A stretch of DNA of 64,000 nucleotides from a virus. Shown piece after piece: positions 1 to 7,828 of the stretch. The notes beneath the pieces are model-generated. The model saw only the letters and a list, made by a program, of their open reading frames with translations, had not been told where the DNA came from and made no database searches. How positions within the stretch are numbered: the stretch's first letter is position 1; each line of letters begins with the position of its first letter. A program made the translations under genes and the position numbers. Where the stretch lies: positions 13,966-77,965 of the IMG/VR virus record IMGVR_UViG_3300022916_000011; one strand, given 5' to 3'.

Positions 1-312
1 CTCATCGACCCACATCAATTCATCTGTGTCATGGGAATCTCTTTCAATGAATGCGTTAAAGCAATCCACTACGTGCTTCACACAATGGAATCTAAACCCT
101 ATCTCTTCCAATCGTGCTAAGAGATTATCTTTGAACATCACACCAAGGAGTCTGGTATCGTTACAGCAGTGGATTCTTTTTTCACCATAGTCAACAAATA
201 AATGGCAAACCATTTGGGTTAGTGCTTTGGACATATCAAGGTACTGGTCAGCAACTTTATCTCCATACTGAGATAAAACATGATCATATTCCTCTTTCGC
301 ATAATTGTTCAT
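1..312 (-). CDS. hypothetical early-region protein, runs off window edge (MNNYAKEEYDHVLSQYG...)
   Basis: ATG at 312 preceded by GGAGGT SD; frame open to position 1. Confidence 0.7.
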   Translation of the reverse strand, partial: MNNYAKEEYDHVLSQYGDKVADQYLDMSKALTQMVCHLFVDYGEKRIHCCNDTRLLGVMFKDNLLARLEEIGFRFHCVKHVVDCFNAFIERDSHDTDELMWVDE

Positions 313-403
313 AACAACCTCCAATCTTCTAGGGTTTACATCAATGCTTCACTTCAAAGGGTGAAGTTATGGAAACCCTCACCCTTATCATCAAGCGTTG
401 AAG

Positions 404-853
404 TTACGGAGCGATATTCTCAGCAAATTTTCGCAAGTTACTCAATGCGGACATAAACTTGCTGAATTTCGGGTATGAATCGTGCAGGAGCTCACTGTAT
501 AACCACATCATATGTGGATCATTATACCCTTCATCATTCATGATTTCTATTTCCCGTACCAATGCTGAGAAATCATTGATCAGTTCGGGAGTAACATTGT
601 CGCTGAAGAAGAATAGGTCCCCATTAGCATCGTACTCTTGCGTGTATCCCAATTCTTCTAACCATTTTTCAACATCAGAGAGCATGGGATGATGTTTGAA
701 CTCTTCCCCGAATGCTCTGCACACATCGTCATAATGGAGTATCTTCACTTCATCAATGTTGTACCAAGGAATATCAGATGCTTTTTCCCCAATAACCATG
801 TTCAAACACGCTAACTCTGGTCTGTCCCAACAAGTCGCTCTTTCTTTTTTCAT
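404..853 (-). CDS. hypothetical acidic protein
   Basis: ORF; start moved to ATG 853, which follows GGAGGTtgtt. Confidence 0.75.
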   Translation of the reverse strand: MKKERATCWDRPELACLNMVIGEKASDIPWYNIDEVKILHYDDVCRAFGEEFKHHPMLSDVEKWLEELGYTQEYDANGDLFFFSDNVTPELINDFSALVREIEIMNDEGYNDPHMMWLYSELLHDSYPKFSKFMSALSNLRKFAENIAP

Positions 854-951
854 AACAACCTCCTTCATCTAAGGGTTTACAATCAATTCCTACATTCATG
901 CTCTTGACAATGTCCAGTCAAGAGCATGGTACGAGGGAACTAACTGATCGC

Positions 952-1311
952 TTATTTCACAGTTTTACCACAATCGGGACACACACCATCGTAGTGAGTA
1001 AATGAATACAGTGTCCCGCAATCATCACACCTGATAAGGCGATCATCGTCTGAGTAATCATCAAGGACCCACCATATACCCTGAGTCAGTTCAGCTTCTG
1101 CGGAAGTTTTAGCAGAGAGCGCACCATCCCAACCCCCTACCCATTTTTTGAACCAGAAGTGGAAGTCGTTCTGATCAAGCGCATCCAGTTTTTTGCGTAC
1201 CGTGTTACACTGTGAAAGGATGTCACTCGCATACATTAAACCATCATCAGCGGTCCAATCATTAACCTGTGATTCTACACTTTCTACGACTTCCAAAATT
1301 TCTTTTTTCAT
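952..1311 (-). CDS. hypothetical protein with C-terminal zinc ribbon
   Basis: CDDC...CPDC motif; GGAGGT SD before ATG 1311. Confidence 0.75.
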   Translation of the reverse strand: MKKEILEVVESVESQVNDWTADDGLMYASDILSQCNTVRKKLDALDQNDFHFWFKKWVGGWDGALSAKTSAEAELTQGIWWVLDDYSDDDRLIRCDDCGTLYSFTHYDGVCPDCGKTVK

Positions 1312-1325
1312 AACTACCTCCAATT

Positions 1326-1856
1326 TTACTTAGTTTTGACCAAACCAGACGATTTCGGTGGACACCATAACTTACCACGATCACCTGGACGTTTCTTCTT
1401 CTGGATGGGGTTATTCAACCACCCTTTCAGACTCTTCTTTTCTTTGGACAGTTTCTTGCTGCGCTGAATACCTGTTAGAATCTGGAACTTCTCGTTTCTC
1501 ACTGACTCAGCATGTTTAATAGAGACACCTTTGGAATGACAGTATTCACACAAACCGTCTGGAGCATAACACGTTTCATACCCGATAAAACCGGAACGTT
1601 TTTCGTCTGGTGGTGGTTCAAAATGGTAGGAAAGCATACCCAACCGTTTTCTCATTCTCTTGGAAGGTCTAATGCTACGAACTGAAGCATTCCCACAATG
1701 GACACACCTAGCAGAACCGATGTGATCATTGGACCCACTACCAGTAGCAGTTGTAACCCACGCAACCCTTGGAACCCACTGTTCTACATCTTTCGGGTCT
1801 GGACTAGGGGGGTTCAACCAATCTCTTCTTGGACGTATCATCTGAGTCGTACCCAT
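1326..1856 (-). CDS. hypothetical basic protein with CxxC pairs
   Basis: ORF with GAGGT SD; CVHC and CEYC motifs. Confidence 0.7.
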   Translation of the reverse strand: MGTTQMIRPRRDWLNPPSPDPKDVEQWVPRVAWVTTATGSGSNDHIGSARCVHCGNASVRSIRPSKRMRKRLGMLSYHFEPPPDEKRSGFIGYETCYAPDGLCEYCHSKGVSIKHAESVRNEKFQILTGIQRSKKLSKEKKSLKGWLNNPIQKKKRPGDRGKLWCPPKSSGLVKTK

Positions 1857-2222
1857 AACTGGAACCTCAATTAAGATTTTTAAGAAATTAACTGCTTGGA
1901 ACCATCAAACACCCCCACCATACAGAAGGTTTTAATGGCACCAAGCAATGACCTTGCTATTAACTACCTTTTAATGGATACAAGCGTAGTTCTTATAGAG
2001 GAATAGCAAAGTCATTCAAAAAAATTCTTTTTAAATGGATGCTCTGTCGGGTGAAATTCTTTTATCATGTACGTGTGGAACCCTAATCAAAACCTAACCT
2101 GTTTCACTACCCTGGAACCAAATGGTTGACCAGTATAAATAGTGGAGTCAAAACCGAGCGCAGCACAGAGACTCTAACTGGAGTAGGTTTGCTGAGTAAC
2201 CACGTAATTGGAATATCAGCTA

Positions 2223-2588
2223 TCACCCTTTATTTCTACACATCATCTTGGCTACATCACCACTGTCAACCGCACTTTCTCTGTCGGAACGGGTTGTCGC
2301 ATAACCCCAATGGAATACCGTGTCTCTCAACTTACTTACCTCATGCAACGGAAGCGTTTTCAGTCTTGCGGTAAAACAGTACATGGAACCTAAAGAATAG
2401 GTCAGTCTCTCTTTGGAAGCAGAATAGCTAAGGTCTTGAATGATAGCAAAAATGGAGGGTAATTTGAAGATACTATCAAAGCGGAAAGACTGTGTATCTT
2501 TGGAGTCAAACAACCTGACTAGATTGGTCTGGATTACGTTTTCAAGATGTGCTGATGAGATTAGAACGAAAGGAACCACCCTTGACAT
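2223..2588 (-). CDS. hypothetical protein
   Basis: ORF downstream of strong promoter; ATG 2588 with AGGT SD. Confidence 0.5.
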   Translation of the reverse strand: MSRVVPFVLISSAHLENVIQTNLVRLFDSKDTQSFRFDSIFKLPSIFAIIQDLSYSASKERLTYSLGSMYCFTARLKTLPLHEVSKLRDTVFHWGYATTRSDRESAVDSGDVAKMMCRNKG

Positions 2589-2757
2589 TGCAACCTGACG
2601 ATTACAACCACCCCTATGGATATTCTTCTCAAACCGCAAAGAAAAGGAACTAGACTTGCACCCCGTTGAATCAGTGACTTTCAAACTACCCATTCTGGAT
2701 CACCCCCTTTCTGAATGCTTTATTTTGTCGCTGGAAACTTCATTTGGTACTAACTTA

Positions 2758-2786
2758 ATACTACCAGAGTTCATTGGAAATGTCAA
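2758..2786 (-). promoter_or_regulatory. sigma-70-type promoter
   Basis: TTGACA-17 nt-TAGTAT on minus strand, AT-rich upstream sequence. Confidence 0.75.
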
Positions 2787-3621
2787 GTAAAAAAATGTAT
2801 AAAAATTATCTTTCTTGGGATAAAATTAAGTTAATTTCTAGGATAAAAAGTAACAGAAGGAATACCAATAATACTATGGACCTCGGAAGTAATCACTTGA
2901 TCTTCTTTTCCTAACATCTTCTTATATTAGATAAGGTGTCTCTTTGGCTATTACCATTGATGTAGGATGTACGTGCGTAGGTGATTCTTAGGGTTAGAGC
3001 TAGGATGTATGTTGATTAGTGCAGTTGTGTTAGGACATAGGTTAGCAGAGAGATTCAAAGGAATAATGTTGGGAGGTTAGGCTTAGTGCATAGAGTAGAG
3101 GGTTAGGAGTTGAGGAGTAGGTTATAAAGGTTTTTCTAGGAGAGGTATAAGAGTACAGGAATGAATATGCTGAGTATGCTCTGGATGGTAGCCCGTTCCT
3201 AAACATTGTTATGTTTCCGATGGTGTAGGCTGTAATCGATCCAAACTGCCTCTACAGAGGAATCTCAATATGATAAATCCTAATTTCAAAATGGACTGGA
3301 AATGTGAATGGGTATGCGAAAATACCCAATATATACCCAATAGTCCTTGATTCCATACCCAATCTTATACCCAATGGGTAGCCAAATATACCCATTTTTA
3401 CCCTCCATATTACCCAAAATAGCTCATTATATATAGTAATAGACACCTTGGAGCTGGAAAGATACCCCCTGAAGGGTAAGGGTCGCATAAATCGACCATG
3501 CGCTCGATCTTCAATGATTTCAACCACTTACAAAAGTATTTCCAACGTCAAACGCATCACCTCGTGCGTATTTGAGATTTTCCAAATTAAACCTTGATTT
3601 TCTCCTAGAAGTAGAGTAATG

Positions 3622-3634
3622 TAAATCATTGATT
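3622..3634 (-). promoter_or_regulatory. IHF consensus site
   Basis: AATCAATGATTTA matches WATCAANNNNTTR exactly. Confidence 0.45.
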
Positions 3635-4582
3635 AATGGACTATTTAAGTGGCTTACATGCCGATGCAGGACTTAAATACACAATAACAGATAGCCAAAT
3701 CACCTGTCAATCGGAAACTTTACCATTTCATTGCGGTAGGGAAGGGTAACTTAGGATGATAGTATAAAATAAAGGAATATTGGATGGCTTATAGTTAGGA
3801 GAATAGTGAGAGTTTGGAGGTTCGGACAAAGGAAACATTCCAACATCCCAAAAATTTTTTAGTCGCATAGGGTTTTGAATTTTTGGAAATGCGGAACTAT
3901 CGGATATCACTACATATATTATTTTTGGGGAAGAAGGGAAATTAGGCTCATATTTATTGGAAATACTAGCCTAAACCCCCCTTTATTCTCTCACTATTCT
4001 TGATTTACCCCTTCCTAACCCAAAATATAGATAATAGTGAGGTAAAAGAAGGGAAGTTAGGACCAAGTATATTAGACTATACTCCTTCACTTTTACATGT
4101 GTCTAGGGTTAAGGAGGGTTAATCAAAGTTTGGATATAGATTAAGTTTAAATATGCCATACTTTATGCCTAAGCCCAATGTTAAATTAACTAAATAAGTT
4201 AGGATGATGTTATGTTTTTCTTTATTCCTAAGTCTTAGCTAAACTTTGCTAGATTTCTAGGAATAACCCCCCTGAGTTAATTTTTAATACTTCCAAACTT
4301 TTTATCATAATAATCTTAGAGTTTGGAAGTTAGGAAATAGAATGGAAATAGGCCCCCACCCATACCCATGCATTACTTTTATCGTGGACGTTGATTGTGG
4401 TGGGGCTCAGACCCCTAGAGTTTGGACTCTGCAATTCATTTATACCCCTGATCCAAACTATCTAAGGTGATCCGGTGATTTTAGTACATTGTATAGAGTT
4501 AGGATATAGTTTGAAAGGGGCAGAATGTACCCCCACCCTCTTCCAAATGTTCGGAAGTTCGGCTGTTACTTTTTCTTAAGCC

Positions 4583-4616
4583 AAAAAAATACCCCCTCTA
4601 TGGTAGCAGGGGGTTT
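4583..4616 (-). terminator. intrinsic terminator
   Basis: ACCCCCT/AGGGGGT stem followed by U-tract, just after the stop of 4625..5011. Confidence 0.7.
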
Positions 4617-4624
4617 GTGGAATG

Positions 4625-5011
4625 TTAAATTTCTCGGGACACCCATTTGTCTTTATCGGTACGGAGGGTGATTACCGACTGGAACGAAACCAGTTTGAAA
4701 TCTTGACCGGAACCAAAAAAGACCACCCCATCAACCAGGATTACCGACCCCTGATCACGCATTCCCGCAAGGTGCGACCAGAGCGTGGACTTAACCTTCA
4801 GGTTGAAGTGATCGAGGACCCTCTTGTTCAGGACGGTCAACGCTTCACGGGTGTACTCATGACGATGGAGCGCACTGTTCAGGACCTGTGTACGGGTGTC
4901 GTACTTATGGATATTCACCATACCCCGCACCCCAAAATCAGGACGTTTAGCTTGGAATGCTCTCGTTACCGCAGTATGGACCGCATCGTTACCTCTGTCG
5001 TGATGTTTCAT
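4625..5011 (-). CDS. hypothetical protein, paralogue of 7129..7533
   Basis: shared blocks TRAFQ, NIHxYxTRTQVxNS, NKRxLxHFNLxxKST, SHLAGMxxQG, KWV; GAGGT SD before ATG 5011. Confidence 0.85.
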   Translation of the reverse strand: MKHHDRGNDAVHTAVTRAFQAKRPDFGVRGMVNIHKYDTRTQVLNSALHRHEYTREALTVLNKRVLDHFNLKVKSTLWSHLAGMRDQGSVILVDGVVFFGSGQDFKLVSFQSVITLRTDKDKWVSREI

Positions 5012-5067
5012 GGAATGACCTCGCTTTCTTGGGTGTTGAGTGAGGAACCCCCTCACTTCTTACTTAT

Positions 5068-5096
5068 AGTATATCAGGGTATGCAGGAAATGTCAA
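5068..5096 (-). promoter_or_regulatory. near-consensus sigma-70 promoter
   Basis: TTGACA-17 nt-TATACT on minus strand; hairpin AGTGAGG/CCTCACT follows at 5039-5057. Confidence 0.85.
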
Positions 5097-5137
5097 CAGA
5101 AAAATGCATTTTTCTTAGGAACCATGCACTTTTCTTT

Positions 5138-5530
5138 GGCTATTTTTTATACCCCCCCTTGTTTGGAAGTTCGGCTACTTTTCACTTAATTTCTTTTTTA
5201 AGGAAGTTAGGAACTCTTTTTTAAAGGAATTTTTTAGGATTATTAAACACTTACTTTTCGGACTACTTTTACTATTTTTTTCTTTTAAGGAAGTTAGGAT
5301 TCTTTTTAAAGGAAATTTTTTAGGCTTTCTTTTTCTTTTAAAATTTTTTAGGCTTTCTTTTTAAGGATTTCTTTCTTTTAGGAAGTTAGGCTGTTACTTT
5401 TTTTAAATTTTAGGATTCTTTTTAAAAGAAAACTTTTTAAGGATTTTAGGAAAGGCCCCCTCCGAATCTCAAAAATGAGTTAAACTTTTTTAGGAAGTTA
5501 GGAAACACCCCCACCCTAAAAAACAGCTTC
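5138..5530 (+). repeat. T-tract low-complexity field punctuated by AGGA/AGGC/CGGA
   Basis: repeated units such as ttttaggatt, ttttaggcttt, aggaagttagg. Confidence 0.8.
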
Positions 5531-5561
5531 CGGTATTTCAAGAAACTGTTTTTGTGGTGGG
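5510..5561 (-). terminator. hairpin closing the seven-gene array
   Basis: CCCACC..AAAAACAG / CTGTTTTT..GGTGGG stem directly after the stop at 5562. Confidence 0.5.
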
Positions 5562-5705
5562 TTACTTTCTACGGGGGTTGCGGTATCTTTTATCTGAGAA
5601 TTTTCTGGTTGATCCATCGGGGAGATCGGTAAATTTTTTGCACCTACCATTTTCAGCACTTTGACATTTGTTATATCGTATACAATCGAAACATGACCTT
5701 CTCAT
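5562..5705 (-). CDS. small Cys-rich basic protein (47 aa, MRRSCFDCIRYNKC...)
   Basis: manually translated; GAGGTG SD; same leader as neighbours. Confidence 0.65.
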   Translation of the reverse strand: MRRSCFDCIRYNKCQSAENGRCKKFTDLPDGSTRKFSDKRYRNPRRK

Positions 5706-5759
5706 AGCTGCACCTCTGGTATGGGGTTGTGGGGTTGCAGGTGCAACCCCCTGCTGCTG

Positions 5760-5942
5760 TTAAGGGGTATAGTAACTGAATGTACCCTGAATTGAACCGT
5801 CTTTGACAATCTCTACGCACCCACATGGGTACCATCTGATTACGTTGTTGGGGTCGGGGGTTTTTTTATCAGGGTACATACACATAACGTCTTTGTCTAC
5901 ATAGTCGCATTTACTACATTTGTGGGTTTCAATGGTCTGCAT
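5760..5942 (-). CDS. small Cys-rich protein
   Basis: CSKC and CGC motifs; GAGGTG SD. Confidence 0.75.
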   Translation of the reverse strand: MQTIETHKCSKCDYVDKDVMCMYPDKKTPDPNNVIRWYPCGCVEIVKDGSIQGTFSYYTP

Positions 5943-5996
5943 GATAACACCTCGAAAAAAGAATTTAGGGGTTGCAGGTGCAACCCCTGCTGCACG

Positions 5997-6221
5997 TTAT
6001 ACCCAATCGTATAGATATACCCTGTCAAAAGAAGTTAATTCAGCACCGTTGTTTTTTGCAATAGAGCGTAAATCGGTCAAGGTAAATCGTAACTGGTGTT
6101 TTTTATCAAGGTAACTTTGAACGTCAAGCATTTCTGCAATGTGAATAGATTGGTTATCTCTTGTCTCTTTTGCACCGCAATGATGCACCGCATGAAGCAC
6201 TAGCTCGACAATATTGACCAT
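5997..6221 (-). CDS. hypothetical protein
   Basis: ORF with GAGGTG SD. Confidence 0.75.
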   Translation of the reverse strand: MVNIVELVLHAVHHCGAKETRDNQSIHIAEMLDVQSYLDKKHQLRFTLTDLRSIAKNNGAELTSFDRVYLYDWV

Positions 6222-6250
6222 TGTGACACCTCGAAAATATGGGTTGACAG

Positions 6251-6367
6251 TTAGCTCACTATGAGGTCTAAAATCGCTTTGATCAATGGTGAGAAATGAT
6301 AACCGAAAGCGATACTACCGAAAAGACACGTTACACCTATGATGCTTTCAAATGCTAGTTGTGACAT
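6251..6367 (-). CDS. small membrane peptide (38 aa, MSQLAFESIIGV...)
   Basis: GAGGTG SD before ATG 6367; hydrophobic. Confidence 0.65.
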   Translation of the reverse strand: MSQLAFESIIGVTCLFGSIAFGYHFSPLIKAILDLIVS

Positions 6368-6443
6368 GGGAACACCTCTTATTTGGGGTTGACAGTTAAA
6401 CTTCAATCTGAGTTGCAGGGTTGCAACCCAGAATGAAACCGAA

Positions 6444-6686
6444 CTATGCAAGGTGAATATGGTTGTTCTCGTCAAGTACCATACACATGCACCTATCAGC
6501 AGCACTCTCGAAAACTTCAGGTGAAAGCATAACTTTTGAACGGTAGTTGTCGGGTACTTCAGAGAAGTTGTTAAAGTTGTATTCTCTCGAAAACTTCTCA
6601 CTGAGAAAGCGTGAAGATACTACACCGTGAATTGAGATTGTGTCGCTGATAAATCTGGTAACAATAGAGTCAAGTTCTGTAAACAT
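6444..6686 (-). CDS. hypothetical protein
   Basis: ORF with GAGGTG SD. Confidence 0.75.
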   Translation of the reverse strand: MFTELDSIVTRFISDTISIHGVVSSRFLSEKFSREYNFNNFSEVPDNYRSKVMLSPEVFESAADRCMCMVLDENNHIHLA

Positions 6687-6738
6687 GGTAACACCTCGAA
6701 AAAAGGGTTTAGGGGTTGCAAGCGCAACCCCTGAAATT

Positions 6739-7026
6739 TTATCTGATAGAGTCTTTACAGTATTGGTTCATTTCGCAGAAACTCTTGATAGCAGACTCAT
6801 GAAAATTTGTGGTATGACCAATTTCACCGAAAAAATAATTGACAAGTCTGGTAAGATTGTCAAGGTCAATTTCAGTTCTGATATAAACCATACCAACATC
6901 AATCAATTGACCATACTGAGAAATAATTTCTCTGATCATATAAACCATATCAATACTTTCATAGTTTTCAATAAATTTCTCAGCACTCACGTAAATTTGG
7001 TCGGTATCAATTTCTCGAATTTTCAT
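6739..7026 (-). CDS. hypothetical protein
   Basis: ATG 7026 with AAGGTG SD. Confidence 0.75.
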   Translation of the reverse strand: MKIREIDTDQIYVSAEKFIENYESIDMVYMIREIISQYGQLIDVGMVYIRTEIDLDNLTRLVNYFFGEIGHTTNFHESAIKSFCEMNQYCKDSIR

Positions 7027-7128
7027 AACTTCACCTTGAAATATGGGTTTGGTTGTTCTCACTTCTCAAGAGATTGCAGGGTTGCAACCCCTTGAGAAAT
7101 GGGGTTGCATTTCTGCAACCCCTGATTT

Positions 7129-7533
7129 TTAGCTGATTCTTGCAACCCATTTTTCATCATCTATGCGCATGGTGATAATGCTCTTGAAACTTGCGCTTTT
7201 GTAAATTGCGCTTGTGAAGAAACCTTTACCGTAAGAAACCCCATCTATGATGATGGTTGCACCCTGTTTTGACATACCCGCTAAATGCGAGTAAAAGGTA
7301 CTTTTGATTATCAAGTTGAAATGCTTCAAAGTTCTTTTATTCATTACCTCATGTTCTTCTTTGGTAAAATTGTGGTTTAGCAGCATAGAGTTCATCACCT
7401 GAGTTCTGGTGCTGTATCGGTGAATGTTAAAGACCGTCTTCACCCCAAAATGCTCTTGTTTTGATTGAAATGCTCTTGTAATGCTCTTGACTTTCACGGG
7501 TTTCTGAATCTCATTTCTGATAAATCTTCTCAT
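7129..7533 (-). CDS. hypothetical protein, first gene of sigma-54-type unit, paralogue of 4625..5011
   Basis: ATG 7533 with GAGGTG SD; aligns by eye with 4625..5011. Confidence 0.85.
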   Translation of the reverse strand: MRRFIRNEIQKPVKVKSITRAFQSKQEHFGVKTVFNIHRYSTRTQVMNSMLLNHNFTKEEHEVMNKRTLKHFNLIIKSTFYSHLAGMSKQGATIIIDGVSYGKGFFTSAIYKSASFKSIITMRIDDEKWVARIS

Positions 7534-7585
7534 TTTGTTCACCTCATATTTGGGTTGACGTTTTGTTGAACTGCAAAACTTATAA

Positions 7586-7602
7586 TGCAATCACCATACC
7601 AA
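7586..7602 (-). promoter_or_regulatory. sigma-54 (-24/-12) promoter
   Basis: TTGGTATGGTGATTGCA = GG-N10-GC with TTGCA, about 50 nt upstream of ATG 7533. Confidence 0.7.
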
Positions 7603-7640
7603 AAAACTTTTTATTGCAGTAAGAAAAATTAAAATACTTG

Positions 7641-7654
7641 TAAGTCACTGTTTT
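7641..7654 (-). promoter_or_regulatory. IHF-like site between sigma-54 promoter and enhancer
   Basis: AAACAGTGACTTA (imperfect WATCAANNNNTTR) in A-tract context. Confidence 0.4.
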
Positions 7655-7712
7655 TAAAGTAAAAGAAAATTAAAAAAAATTATTTTGCTGCATTGTATCA
7701 TGTGTTCAAAAA

Positions 7713-7828
7713 GTGTCTTATTTGAGACACCCCGAAAAATAAATATGAGACACATGCTTAACTAGCTGTTTTTGTTCACTTTTTTGTGTCTCACTGTTTT
7801 TTTACAATTATGGTACATATTGAGACAC
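7713..7828. promoter_or_regulatory. candidate upstream activator sites (TGAGACAC half-sites)
   Basis: near-palindrome GTGTCTTATTTGAGACAC at 7713-7730; half-sites at 7746, 7786 (inverted) and 7821. Confidence 0.6.

Larger units (their letters stand above)
3072..5502 (+). repeat. dispersed same-orientation repeat, consensus GGAAGTT(A/C)GG
   Basis: copies or variants at ~3072, 3816, 3937, 4052, 4325, 4553, 5165, 5202, 5289, 5381, 5493. Confidence 0.8.
5731..7122. repeat. repeated intergenic palindrome GGGGTTGCA-N2-4-TGCAACCCC
   Basis: copies at 5731-5750, 5967-5988, 6407-6432, 6711-6732, 7063-7098, 7101-7122. Confidence 0.9.

Noticed and set aside
3252-3910. ORFs 3252..3527 and 3728..3910
   Set aside because: They arise from low-complexity repeats, lack an SD and show no protein-like features.
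4622-5224. 200 aa plus-strand ORF
   Set aside because: Antisense shadow of the minus-strand gene, which has the promoter, SD, terminator and a paralogue.
5731-7122. Palindromic repeats as a CRISPR array or integron attC sites
   Set aside because: Spacing is 200-400 bp and contains genes; there are no cas or integron-integrase genes and no clear RYYYAAC/GTTRRRY box pairs with the expected spacing.
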